DNA of 64,000 nucleotides from an uncultured bacterium (GTDB lineage: Bacteria > Patescibacteriota > Microgenomatia > Levybacterales > UBA12049), in the NCBI GenBank assembly GCA_963826535.1, contig CAWGXL010000001.1:14336-78335 (forward strand), written 5' to 3'. The translations under genes and the position numbers were made by a program. Positions 1 to 8,993 of the stretch are shown one piece after another (the first letter of the stretch is position 1; each line of letters opens with the position of its first letter). Under the pieces are notes generated by a model that worked only from the letters and a program-made list of their open reading frames with translations, made no database searches and was not told the origin of the DNA.

Positions 1-810
1 TGTCCCGAATGTGAAAATGCAAAGCATTGGAAGCAGCCTGAAAAAAATAAAGAATACAATGAATATCTTAAGCTTCAAAGAGCTTCCAATAAAGAAGCCT
101 TTGAGAAAATAAATAAAAATGTCATGACAAATATCGTCTCTGTCATAGGTGGACGAGCCAAAGAAGTTTTGGACCAGGGCACTTTTGATGCCCATGAAAA
201 TGTTGTCTCAATTGATCATTACGTTAAAAATCCCAAGCTGATGCGGGAATATATAAATTACTTTAAAGATAAATTTGATGCCCAAATAGTCATCAGCGAG
301 TTTGGAGCCCCTGTTCCTGATATAAACGGCCCAATGAATGAAGATCAACAGGCAGTTTTTATAAACTCTATTTTTGAGGAATTTTACAAAAGCCAAAATT
401 CAATTCTCGGAATAAATTATTTCGTAAGCAGCGGTGGTACAACACCTATCTTAAATACAGACTACACTCCCAAAAAGGCATATTTCATTGTCAAAAATTA
501 CTTTACACCTGGAATCGTAACCGGAAAAATAAGAGATCCTCTCGGAAACCCTCTTCAGGATGTTCAAGTCAGAACAGGTGATGCTGTTATCTCAGTAAAA
601 ACAGACAAAGACGGCAATTATAAGTTTGCAATCCCCCCACGCACAGTTATTGTTGTAGCAGGAGGGGACAATTATAATTTAATTAATTCCTCAATAAAAA
701 TAGAAGCAAGTGGAAATAAAATAACTAAAAACTTTTTAGTAACTCCCAAAAACCCAGGCTTAATTTATAAACTAAGACTCTTCTGGAAACAATTTCAGGA
801 GAAATCTTAA
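1..810 (+). CDS. Partial CDS (5-prime end outside window); paralog of the C-terminal glycoside-hydrolase-like + carboxypeptidase-regulatory-like region of the 954-aa protein at 3366-6230
   Basis: Reading frame is open from position 1 into ORF 124-810. Shared motifs with the 3366-6230 C-terminus: VSIDHYVKN/VTIDHYTKD, ISEFGAPVPDINGPMNEDQQAVF/IGEFGAPIPDLNGIMNEAEQAKF, YFTPGIVTGKIRDPLGNPL/YFAPGIVTGTVVNTLGHPL. Confidence 0.6.
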   Translation, partial: CPECENAKHWKQPEKNKEYNEYLKLQRASNKEAFEKINKNVMTNIVSVIGGRAKEVLDQGTFDAHENVVSIDHYVKNPKLMREYINYFKDKFDAQIVISEFGAPVPDINGPMNEDQQAVFINSIFEEFYKSQNSILGINYFVSSGGTTPILNTDYTPKKAYFIVKNYFTPGIVTGKIRDPLGNPLQDVQVRTGDAVISVKTDKDGNYKFAIPPRTVIVVAGGDNYNLINSSIKIEASGNKITKNFLVTPKNPGLIYKLRLFWKQFQEKS

Positions 811-1949
811 TTGTTTATCGCTGATAAATGTTCTTTATAGTTCGTCCCATTAGGAGACTTAGGCGTTCCATCAAAATTGTAAATTAAGGACCAATTTCCG
901 CAATCCCAACTCCACGTATTCCATGTCCATATAAGATAACTTACTTTATGCTTATCAAGCCAATCAAGAACCTCATTCGTTTTCTCAACACTACATACAT
1001 CACCCTTTACACTTTCCCCGAATTCTCCTGCTATAAGCGGCACCTTCTCCGCAACGGGCGCAATCATTCTGTCATAACACGCAGTCGTATTACATGGATT
1101 ACCATTCGGATAAATATGCCAGGAAGCAGCAAGATTATTAAGCGGATCAACAGGTTTATATTCCAACCATTTTGATAAATCATTTGCATATCTAATCCCT
1201 CCAAGTAAAATGATATTCTCCGCCCCGGTTTGCCGGACAGTATTTACAAGTGTTTGCATACCGACAGTATCATAAGAAACTCCCGGACATTTGCCTCCCT
1301 CTTTCCAACATTTCCAGGCAGCATCGCTTCCCCGGTTTTTATCCGGAAATGTTTCATTAATTACATCTAATAACACTTTCCTATTATCCTTAAATTCATT
1401 AGCTGCACTTTCCCAAAACGAGACAGCATATTTCGCATTTGGCATAGCCTGATTGCTCGTTTTTCGAAGTTCCGGCCCGCTCCAATGTAAATCTACAATA
1501 ACATATATATTATTATCAATAAGGCGCTTCACATAATCCTTTATAAAAAGTCTATATTTTTCTCCACTATATTCTTCTTTTACATCAGATAATCCAAGCC
1601 AGCAATGTTCATTAAGCGGAATTCGCACAGCATTTATCCTCCATGATTTCATGGCCAGAATTGTACTATCATCAGTCGGCCCATCCATAAACCCGCGTCC
1701 CTGCACGCACATATACTCCGCACCGGATCGGTTTACACCACGCAGTATAATAGTCTGTCCCTGTTCATTTTTTAATACATTTCCCTCAACATGCAATTCA
1801 GAAATTCGGGGCTCTAATATTTTAGGAGTTGGCTTTATATTTTTATTTGCAAAAATTGAAAAATTTTGCTTCGCAAGCACATTTGTCACCAATGGAATTA
1901 TTGAAACACACAGAAAAATAATCAACCAAAAATAGTATTTTTTTCTCAC
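807..1949 (-). CDS. Glycoside hydrolase family 5 (cellulase/endoglucanase-like) with N-terminal signal anchor
   Basis: N-terminal hydrophobic segment; GH5-type blocks RIPLNEH, VIVDLHW, LLDVINE (acid/base Glu), IAGEFGE (nucleophile Glu), WTWNTW. Confidence 0.7.
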   Translation of the reverse strand: MRKKYYFWLIIFLCVSIIPLVTNVLAKQNFSIFANKNIKPTPKILEPRISELHVEGNVLKNEQGQTIILRGVNRSGAEYMCVQGRGFMDGPTDDSTILAMKSWRINAVRIPLNEHCWLGLSDVKEEYSGEKYRLFIKDYVKRLIDNNIYVIVDLHWSGPELRKTSNQAMPNAKYAVSFWESAANEFKDNRKVLLDVINETFPDKNRGSDAAWKCWKEGGKCPGVSYDTVGMQTLVNTVRQTGAENIILLGGIRYANDLSKWLEYKPVDPLNNLAASWHIYPNGNPCNTTACYDRMIAPVAEKVPLIAGEFGESVKGDVCSVEKTNEVLDWLDKHKVSYLIWTWNTWSWDCGNWSLIYNFDGTPKSPNGTNYKEHLSAINN

Positions 1950-2060
1950 TATAAATAGATTAACATAATAATTGTATACAATTCTATATACTAAGTTATG
2001 GGGATATAAAATCTAATTACGTATATTTGAGGCAACCTCAAATTTTCTCAATTTTTACCA

Positions 2061-2513
2061 TCAGTTTACTATCTGACGCTTAAACTCCCTTGACTTTTCC
2101 AATTTATCTATTTTCTCCTCCAACCGCTTAATATCATCCTTTGTAGCCATATATTTGATATCGTCTTTAGTTGCCATATTCTTAATGTCATCCTTAGTTG
2201 CCATATTCTTTATATCATCTTTTGTAGCCATATTTTTAATATCTTTCATCCTCACCATATCTTTAATATCATCTTTGGTCGCCATGTCTTTACGTATTCT
2301 CGCTTCAGAAGCCTTTATAGCAGCATCCATATCTATACGTATTCCCGCCTCACAAGCTTTAATAGCAGCATCAGTATTTGCATTTATATTAATCTCCGAT
2401 GTTTTGGCTCTTGCATCAAAAAGCATTCCTGCTAATTTGACAAACATTTTTAAATCTTCTTCTCTTTGTCTTGTCATATTAGAAAGTGTAGCAATATTGT
2501 TATACTTATGCAA
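2061..2513 (-). CDS. Hypothetical protein with tandem decapeptide repeats (MATKDDIKN x about 5)
   Basis: Translation shows repeated KDDIKNMATKDDIK units; the DNA has 30-bp tandem units. Confidence 0.45.
   Translation of the reverse strand: MHKYNNIATLSNMTRQREEDLKMFVKLAGMLFDARAKTSEININANTDAAIKACEAGIRIDMDAAIKASEARIRKDMATKDDIKDMVRMKDIKNMATKDDIKNMATKDDIKNMATKDDIKYMATKDDIKRLEEKIDKLEKSREFKRQIVN
2120..2295. repeat. Tandem 30-bp coding repeats (about 5-6 units, gccatattcttaatgtcatccttagtt-like)
   Basis: Directly visible near-identical 30-nt units in series, in frame inside ORF 2061-2513. Confidence 0.7.
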
Positions 2514-2553
2514 TAATCTCTACTAATTCAAACTGTAACAATGAGGAATAAAT

Positions 2554-3096
2554 TTATTTAAACCGTATTGGAATTACCAGAGGCCCGTTCTTACCCGGAA
2601 TATCCGCTATATTAACTTTCTCAATCAATAATTGACCACGCACCAACCCGGCAGGTACCTTAAAATCAATAGCCGCAACAAACGGCACAAAAGTATCCTT
2701 TTTCGGCATATCCGTCAACGCGAAAACCGATTTTTCGACAATTATATTCAGATCTTTATCCACCAATTTAATAGTCAACCTGTTATTTCCATACCAACTC
2801 GCCTTTGCTTTGCCTTCTACTTTAAACGGCGATGAAACAACCGCGTATGGCTTGGGATCCGTCACCTCTATATAATCTTTAAGCGCCACGTGATTATCTT
2901 CCTCTATGTATAACGTACCTGCCTTTGTATGGCACTCTCGCGGATTCGTTTCAACAACCAGGTTGCCCGCATCAGCACAGTCTTTAAATGACAGGATATT
3001 TTTAGGCACCTTAGACTTTACATACCACGAATAAGCAAACAACCCTGCTGCAATAATTACCAAAACAATGAGTAGAATAATAACCCACTTTTTCAT
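2554..3096 (-). CDS. Membrane-anchored/secreted hypothetical protein
   Basis: N-terminal TM helix (WVIILLIVLVIIAAGLFAY); remainder hydrophilic beta-rich; no recognised family. Confidence 0.45.
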   Translation of the reverse strand: MKKWVIILLIVLVIIAAGLFAYSWYVKSKVPKNILSFKDCADAGNLVVETNPRECHTKAGTLYIEEDNHVALKDYIEVTDPKPYAVVSSPFKVEGKAKASWYGNNRLTIKLVDKDLNIIVEKSVFALTDMPKKDTFVPFVAAIDFKVPAGLVRGQLLIEKVNIADIPGKNGPLVIPIRFK

Positions 3097-3115
3097 GATC
3101 TTTATGACTTACACT

Positions 3116-3145
3116 GTCGTCATTCCCGCGAAGGCGGGAATCCAG
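3116..3145. repeat. GC-rich palindromic intergenic element (gtcgtcATTCCCGCgaagGCGGGAATccag)
   Basis: Perfect 8-bp stem with 4-nt loop; near-identical copy at 12361-12392. Confidence 0.6.
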
Positions 3146-3265
3146 AAAGTATAATTAATATTTTCCAAGCAAATGTGTAAACCGAGTCTACTTAAATTAT
3201 TGTAGAAATTTCTCTAAAACACAAGAGGCATTAAAAAGTGTAACAATTCACTGCTGACACAATTT

Positions 3266-3337
3266 TGTCATCGCGAGGCCCCGCTAAGCGGGGCCGTGGC
3301 GATCTATGAAGATTGCTTCGCTGTCGCTCGCAATGAC
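3266..3337. repeat. Composite palindromic intergenic element (tgtcatcgcgagg...ggccccgctaagcggggcc...gattgcttcgctgtcgctcgcaatgaca)
   Basis: Outer 12-bp inverted repeat with 11/12 pairing, inner perfect hairpin ggccccgc-taag-gcggggcc; contains the cattgcgag / cgaagcaatc motif pair also seen at 7065-7106. Confidence 0.6.
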
Positions 3338-3365
3338 ATTTTTATTTTAGAAAGTAATTTTTTTA

Positions 3366-6230
3366 TTAAAAAAACCTTTTTTGAATATCCTTTATAATTA
3401 GCTCAAGCCTGTATTCCCAATCTAAATTCTCCGGCTCCAAAACAATATCCTGAATAGTCGAATGCCCGGAAGTAATAGATACTTTTTTCTTCGCCTCATT
3501 ATATCCCTTCCCCTCAATACTAAGCTCAGCATCTTTCACCGGAAGGATAAACTCATATCTGCCCGCCTCGTCTGTGAGTACGCTTCTATCTTCCGCTTCT
3601 CCGGTCTGAATTTTTGCGTTTCGCAATGGATGACCAAGCGTATTCACAACAGTACCTGTCACAATTCCCGGTGCGAAATATTTCCTGATAATTTTAACTG
3701 CCAGTTTCGGCTTATTAGTAGTAGAACTGGCAAGTCCAGTAGATCCTCCGGTCAAAACCCAATAACTTATGCCCTCAACTGTATCTCTATGCTTATACAT
3801 GCGTTGTAACAATGCATCAATAAATTTAGCTTGCTCCGCCTCATTCATAATTCCATTCAAATCCGGTATCGGCGCGCCAAACTCACCTATTACAACTTTT
3901 GCCTTATATTTATCTTTAAAATAAAGGATAAATTCCTCCATCCCTTCAGCATCTTTCGTATAATGATCAATAGTTACCTTGCCCCCTATAGCGTCAATAG
4001 TATTCTGGTCAAGCATACCTTTTGCTACCCCGCCGCTCATCGAAAACCAATCAATCTCAAGTGTCTTTCCGATAGCCCCAAAAGCATTCTGCGCCGTATT
4101 ATGCTGATCAACCAAAAATTGACGATACAATGCATATGTGTTTTCGTCGCGTCCTTTAAAATGTTCTCCATTTTCTGCCTCAGGCGCAGGAGTAAAAATA
4201 TCACCATTTTCAAAAAGATCCGGATTATCCAGGATAAACAGCTGTGTCTTAGCCAAATGCTCCTCAGAAGTCATGCCTTTGGGATATCCAAACCATCCCT
4301 CCCAGCTTGACCAATTACCTCTAAACCAAACTGCCAGATCTTTCTCTCTGGCTTTTTCAACCCACATTTTCAGATGCGGTAAAAATTCTTCGTCATAAGG
4401 AGTTGCAAGAGCTACGCAATTTGCGCCCATACCTTTAATCAGAGATAACTGCGCTTCAATATCTTTTTCAACTGTTGGCTTTTTTGCCCATACCCTTGCC
4501 TGATCTCTTGAAATTTTCATTGTATCAATGCATTGATATTTCCAGAAAGTGGGGATTGCTCCGCCTGCTGCCGTGCCTTTGTTTATGACTTTTTTTTGTA
4601 CGTCTCCTGTTACCGCAAAATATCTGTTTGCAAAAAATATCGATACCACTAAAATAATAAGAATTGGAATATATACTTTTATAATTGCGCTTGTACTTAA
4701 CATTTTTGTCTCTACCTTTGGGCGAAGCCATATTATACACAATGCGACTACTGTAATACAAAAGAAGAGAATAATATAATAGGTGAGGGGAGTGAACAAA
4801 TTACTTAGAAAAGTACCATAAATAAACGAGCTCGTAGTGCCGTTAACTAAAAACTCCCAATTCGCCAGATAATAATCCGTCATCTCATCCGTTACTACCT
4901 CAACGCTCGGCGGAATAGCATTTGTTGTAAGCGCCCCTAAAAGAGAAATTCCGATGCCGTAAATTACCAACACCGAAATTACTATTTTTGGCAGTATGCC
5001 GTACTTAACAACTAAATCAAAAGCCCGACCGACTGCAAGAGCCAAAAGAGGTAAGGTGGGTATAAGGTATCTTGGACCAAACGCCCATCCGCCCCATGGA
5101 TCATCATAAGCTCCGTATAAAACAAGATTTGCAATAAAAGTTAAGAAAACGATTTCCCACCATTTTTCATCTTTAAAGTAACTTATACTAAGTCCCAAAA
5201 CAGCCAAAAGAAAAATAGGCGCGTAGACAAACAATCCGCGGTCACGGCTTATAAGCAGAATATTAATTCCGTCAATTAGTCCTGCTGCATCAAATCGCGA
5301 GGAATATGACTTTTGCTCAAACAGATCATTGGAAAGCGTATCGTATTTAATTCCCTGTATATCCAAAACTCTTATATTATATTTATTGGAAAATGTTATT
5401 GGTTGTTTGTAGTGATAATTATTGTAAATTATAAATATATACAGAATAGGAACAAGTGCTACCGCTCCGAATATCATTTTCAGTGGAAATTTGAAATGTA
5501 TCTTTTTTTCTTGTCTTTCTTTAAAAAATGTTGTCCTGAGTAATGTGATTAGTATAAGAGGGGACAGGATAAATAAATTCGGATAATCAACAAAAAAATT
5601 AAGTCCATAGGCAAACCATAATACAAAAAAATACCAATAATTTTTCTCCCCCCGGATTATAGATACGCTCATCCAGAAACAAACAGCAATTAAAAAAGCA
5701 GATACCGGATGCGCAGACAAAGTAACGCTATATGCGAATGCGCCTGAGCCGACAGCAAAAACGATCGCTGAAAAGACAGCTGCCCTTTTACTTAAATTGA
5801 GCTTCCTTCCAATTTTCAACATGACTATTGCGGTTAGAATTGAAAATATAGCTGACGTAGCGTAAGTAAATACCTGGGCGAGTGAGAAAAATTTCCCTAT
5901 GATGTATAGAGGAGTTGCTATAAAAGCCACACCTGACGGGAAGGATGGATAATAATGACCGTCATACCAGGCCAAATCAGGTCGGACAAAATCAGGGTAC
6001 TCATCAACATTGAAATCCAGATTCTCAGCTAGTGATATTGCTTGGGCATATCTTCCTCTTTCCAATGACGACTCAAAAGTAACCGTATGGGTATCTGCTT
6101 TTTCCCCGGCTTTGCCATTGGGATGAAAATTGCCCACAGCTCCCCTCAAAGTTAGAAGAAATATAACTATTAAAAAAATAACAGCAACTAAATTTGCATG
6201 CCGCGCAAATTGACTATACCGCAAATTCAT
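3366..6230 (-). CDS. Fusion protein: N-terminal multi-pass membrane glycosyltransferase (GT39/ArnT/PMT-like) + extracytoplasmic glycoside-hydrolase-like TIM-barrel domain + carboxypeptidase-regulatory-like beta-sandwich
   Basis: About 12 predicted TM helices in the first 520 aa with ArnT/PMT-like loop pattern; C-terminal half has GH-A-like blocks (CVALATPYDEEF, TPAPEAENGEH, VIGEFGAP); terminal domain (TGTVVNTLGHPL...GRYEF) resembles CarboxypepD_reg. Confidence 0.6.
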   Translation of the reverse strand: MNLRYSQFARHANLVAVIFLIVIFLLTLRGAVGNFHPNGKAGEKADTHTVTFESSLERGRYAQAISLAENLDFNVDEYPDFVRPDLAWYDGHYYPSFPSGVAFIATPLYIIGKFFSLAQVFTYATSAIFSILTAIVMLKIGRKLNLSKRAAVFSAIVFAVGSGAFAYSVTLSAHPVSAFLIAVCFWMSVSIIRGEKNYWYFFVLWFAYGLNFFVDYPNLFILSPLILITLLRTTFFKERQEKKIHFKFPLKMIFGAVALVPILYIFIIYNNYHYKQPITFSNKYNIRVLDIQGIKYDTLSNDLFEQKSYSSRFDAAGLIDGINILLISRDRGLFVYAPIFLLAVLGLSISYFKDEKWWEIVFLTFIANLVLYGAYDDPWGGWAFGPRYLIPTLPLLALAVGRAFDLVVKYGILPKIVISVLVIYGIGISLLGALTTNAIPPSVEVVTDEMTDYYLANWEFLVNGTTSSFIYGTFLSNLFTPLTYYIILFFCITVVALCIIWLRPKVETKMLSTSAIIKVYIPILIILVVSIFFANRYFAVTGDVQKKVINKGTAAGGAIPTFWKYQCIDTMKISRDQARVWAKKPTVEKDIEAQLSLIKGMGANCVALATPYDEEFLPHLKMWVEKAREKDLAVWFRGNWSSWEGWFGYPKGMTSEEHLAKTQLFILDNPDLFENGDIFTPAPEAENGEHFKGRDENTYALYRQFLVDQHNTAQNAFGAIGKTLEIDWFSMSGGVAKGMLDQNTIDAIGGKVTIDHYTKDAEGMEEFILYFKDKYKAKVVIGEFGAPIPDLNGIMNEAEQAKFIDALLQRMYKHRDTVEGISYWVLTGGSTGLASSTTNKPKLAVKIIRKYFAPGIVTGTVVNTLGHPLRNAKIQTGEAEDRSVLTDEAGRYEFILPVKDAELSIEGKGYNEAKKKVSITSGHSTIQDIVLEPENLDWEYRLELIIKDIQKRFF

Positions 6231-6430
6231 ATTTAATATAATTAATTATAACAAGGCTCAGTCTTTACACAAGCCACAACTATGTAAACTAGTTGTTGCA
6301 AGCCCAAAAAACCTAACCGCCAAGGCTTGAAAAAAAATATAATCATCAACCTTGTCATCCCTGCGCCTGCCCGCCTTTGGAGGGAACACCTTTATTTATT
6401 AAGTAATAGGGTATAATATACACATAAAAT

Positions 6431-7057
6431 ATGATTTTCCAAAATAGGGAAGATGCAGGCAGGAAACTTGCTATAAAGTTAAAAAAATTTAAAAATAAAA
6501 ACGTACTGGTTCTCGCTCTTCCAAGAGGAGGTGTTCCTGTGGCTGCACAAATATCCGGTTCTTTAAAAGTACCCCTTGACGTACTCGTCGTCCGCAAAAT
6601 AGGCGTCCCGCGCAACCCCGAACTTGCACTAGGCGCACTTGCTCCGAATGGAATATTGTACTTAGATAAATTAACAATTCAAATCCTGGGAATAACGGAC
6701 GAACAAATTAAAGGGATCGCCAAAAAAGAGGAAGAGGAAATAATCCGCAGACAAAAAGAATACCGTGGAGACCAACCCCCGCCGGACATCAAAGGTAAAA
6801 TAATTATTCTGGTAGATGACGGCATAGCAACCGGCGCGAGCGTAAAAACAGCTATCCGGGCAATACAAAAAAAACATCCTCTCAAGCTCATCGTTGCTGT
6901 TCCGGTTTGCTCAATAGTTGTATCCAAAGAAATTAAACTTCTGGTTGATGAATTTATCTGCCTGGAAACCCCCAGATACTTTACAGCTGTAAGCGGCTGG
7001 TACAAAAACTTCGCTCAAATCACAGACAAAGAAGTAAAAAAGCTCCTGCGCCCATAA
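6431..7057 (+). CDS. Phosphoribosyltransferase-domain protein
   Basis: PRTase PRPP-binding motif IIILVDDGIATGAS; typical about 210-aa size. Confidence 0.7.
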   Translation: MIFQNREDAGRKLAIKLKKFKNKNVLVLALPRGGVPVAAQISGSLKVPLDVLVVRKIGVPRNPELALGALAPNGILYLDKLTIQILGITDEQIKGIAKKEEEEIIRRQKEYRGDQPPPDIKGKIIILVDDGIATGASVKTAIRAIQKKHPLKLIVAVPVCSIVVSKEIKLLVDEFICLETPRYFTAVSGWYKNFAQITDKEVKKLLRP

Positions 7058-7064
7058 GTTTATG

Positions 7065-7106
7065 CCATTGCGAGGATCCCGATTTAATCGGGAGACGAAG
7101 CAATCC
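7065..7106. repeat. Palindromic element ccattgcgagga-tcccgatttaatcggga-gacgaagcaatcc just 3-prime of the PRTase gene
   Basis: Inner hairpin tcccgat/atcggga flanked by the cattgcgagg and gacgaagcaatcc motifs, same family as 3266-3337. Confidence 0.55.
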
Positions 7107-7169
7107 CTCTAAAAAACTACCGCATGCTACTTGTTTACATAACAAACAACTAGTAATATAAAAGTAGGA

Positions 7170-7505
7170 ATGAAACTCTTAGCCCGTTTGCTTATCAGTA
7201 CGCTTGCAATAGTAATTACAACTTATCTTTTAAAGGGTATACATGTGGATGATCTCGGAGCCGCCCTCTTAGCCGCAATAGTTCTTGGAATAATCAATGT
7301 AACAATAAAACCCCTCCTTTTTCTCCTGACCCTCCCGATAACTATTTTTACACTCGGAATATTTACGCTTGTAATCAATGCGTCCCTTGTCCTTCTAACT
7401 GCCTATTTAATCCCGGGCTTCGCTGTAGATAATTTTGCCTGGGCATTGCTCTTCAGCATCGTCCTCACAATAGTAAATTACATGCTCTACAAACTAATCG
7501 AATAA
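7170..7505 (+). CDS. Small 4-TM membrane protein of the phage-holin-4/YvlD-like family
   Basis: 111 aa, four hydrophobic helices, pattern GIINVTIKPLLFLLTLPITIFTLGIFTLVINA typical of this family. Confidence 0.55.
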   Translation: MKLLARLLISTLAIVITTYLLKGIHVDDLGAALLAAIVLGIINVTIKPLLFLLTLPITIFTLGIFTLVINASLVLLTAYLIPGFAVDNFAWALLFSIVLTIVNYMLYKLIE

Positions 7506-7602
7506 ACTTACTTAATTGTACCTTTTGAGCTACGCTATGCGACACTACGAAGTAGCTAGTGCCCTTGTGGTGCAACAAAATGCCTGATGGTGAACTCGTT
7601 TA

Positions 7603-7812
7603 TCAATTTACTGTTTCCTGCCTCCAATTAATTCCTCCTTCTATCTCACCATCCTCAGTTATCATCCCCATACTGGATGTAATTTGTGCATTTAATAATT
7701 GCAGATCTTCCGCTCCAAATCCCAACAAGGTGTGATCATGCGTATACATATCGGGAACCGCCGCATTATCAACTGTAATCTTCTTCTGCCCCCTATAAAT
7801 TACAAGTTTCAT
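7603..7812 (-). CDS. Hypothetical small protein
   Basis: ORF only; no recognisable motifs. Confidence 0.25.
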   Translation of the reverse strand: MKLVIYRGQKKITVDNAAVPDMYTHDHTLLGFGAEDLQLLNAQITSSMGMITEDGEIEGGINWRQETVN

Positions 7813-7895
7813 TGAAGTAACATCATGCTAAAGTACCTATGTGATAGGTGCATATAAATACTGTAAGAATCACGAAAACTCCACCTTGCAAATTC

Positions 7896-8982
7896 TTAAT
7901 CCAATTTCCGGAACGCACGAAGTAGCCTCTTGACCTGAGATAGACTTGAACTCGGAAAATTCGCGATCCTGAATTCATCATCTTTCCTGTCACCATATCC
8001 CGTACTTACAACAATCCCTTTTTTTAAAAGTTGTGAAAGTATATTTACAGTTTCTCCCTTCGATTCAATAACTATAATAGTTTCCGATCGAAACTCATGA
8101 TCATCAACGATCGGTTTATATTTAGGATGAGAATCAAAATATTCATATATAATCTGTGCTTTATCGCGGGTTTCCTGTCGTATATTGTCTATGCCGCGTT
8201 CTTGAATATCCTCACATACTTTTCCCAACAAATAAATATCAAGAATATTTGGCGTCTCATGAGTTTGAAACTTACGTGCGTATTCTTCCATAATAAGAAA
8301 ATTATGATAACTTCCGATTATGACTCCCTTATCAGAAAGTCGTTTTGCGCGAATCATAGCCGCAGGGCTAACTATTAGTACGCCAAGTCCCGAAGGTAAC
8401 CCAAACCCCTTTTGCACTGAAAGATATACCATATCCAAACTTGTAAAATCAATTGAAACATTTGGCGCGGATGATACTACATCAACTGCCAAAAGTGCAT
8501 TTTTATTAAATTGTTTTAGGCTATAGACACGATCCATTGACATAGAAACACCGGTACTTGTTTCATTGTGTACTACACAAATGCACTCACTTGCTACAGG
8601 CACTATTATTGAATCTAATATAAATCCGTGTCCCGCAGGAACTTCTAGTCTTTCTGCCTTCTTACCAAGCTGCGTTGCGATCCTGAAAAAAGTGTTCGAA
8701 AAAAGCTCCGTTCACTAAATGAAAAGACTTCTCCTCAACCGTGTTCTCAATTATCCTCTCCATAGCTTCGGTTGCCGACCCGAGAAAAAATATACGGTAA
8801 TCCTGAGGAATCCCCATAAGCTTACGCAAATTATCAGTAGTATTTTTATAAATGTCAGCAAACTGCTTCCCTCTATGATTTGTAATAAAGATATCATTAC
8901 GCATTGCAGTCTTAATATGCGACTTAACAGTAGGATACAACGCCGAAGGCCCAACAGTAAAAAACATCTTTCTTCTACTCAT
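7896..8982 (-). pseudogene. serC: Phosphoserine aminotransferase (class V aminotransferase, SerC-like) split into two frames (8982-8662 and 8603-7896)
   Basis: N-terminal fragment (FFTVGPSALYPTV...FFLGSATEAMERI) and C-terminal fragment (VVHNETSTGV ... SVQKGFGLPSGLGVLIVSP) are both class-V AT-like, lie in different frames and are separated by about 60 nt. Confidence 0.55.
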
Positions 8983-8993
8983 AATTCTTGCTT

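Noticed and set aside
2120-2295. Possible CRISPR-like array of 30-bp repeats
   Set aside because: Units are directly adjacent with no spacers and stay in frame inside a coding ORF. This is a protein-coding tandem repeat, not a CRISPR array; no cas genes nearby.
3116-3145. Match to the Neisseria dRS3 consensus ATTCCC-N8-GGGAAT
   Set aside because: The hairpin fits that pattern, but the genome is AT-rich with non-Neisseria gene content. A short palindrome of this kind can arise independently, so it is treated as a local REP-like element.
2155-4398. Antisense ORFs (2155-2526, 3462-3809, 3831-4310, 4138-4398) inside larger genes
   Set aside because: They lie entirely within well-supported opposite-strand CDSs and have low-complexity, repeat-mirroring translations. 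Judged spurious.
6355-7005. Minus-strand ORFs overlapping the phosphoribosyltransferase gene
   Set aside because: They overlap a motif-supported PRTase CDS and their translations lack any domain signature.
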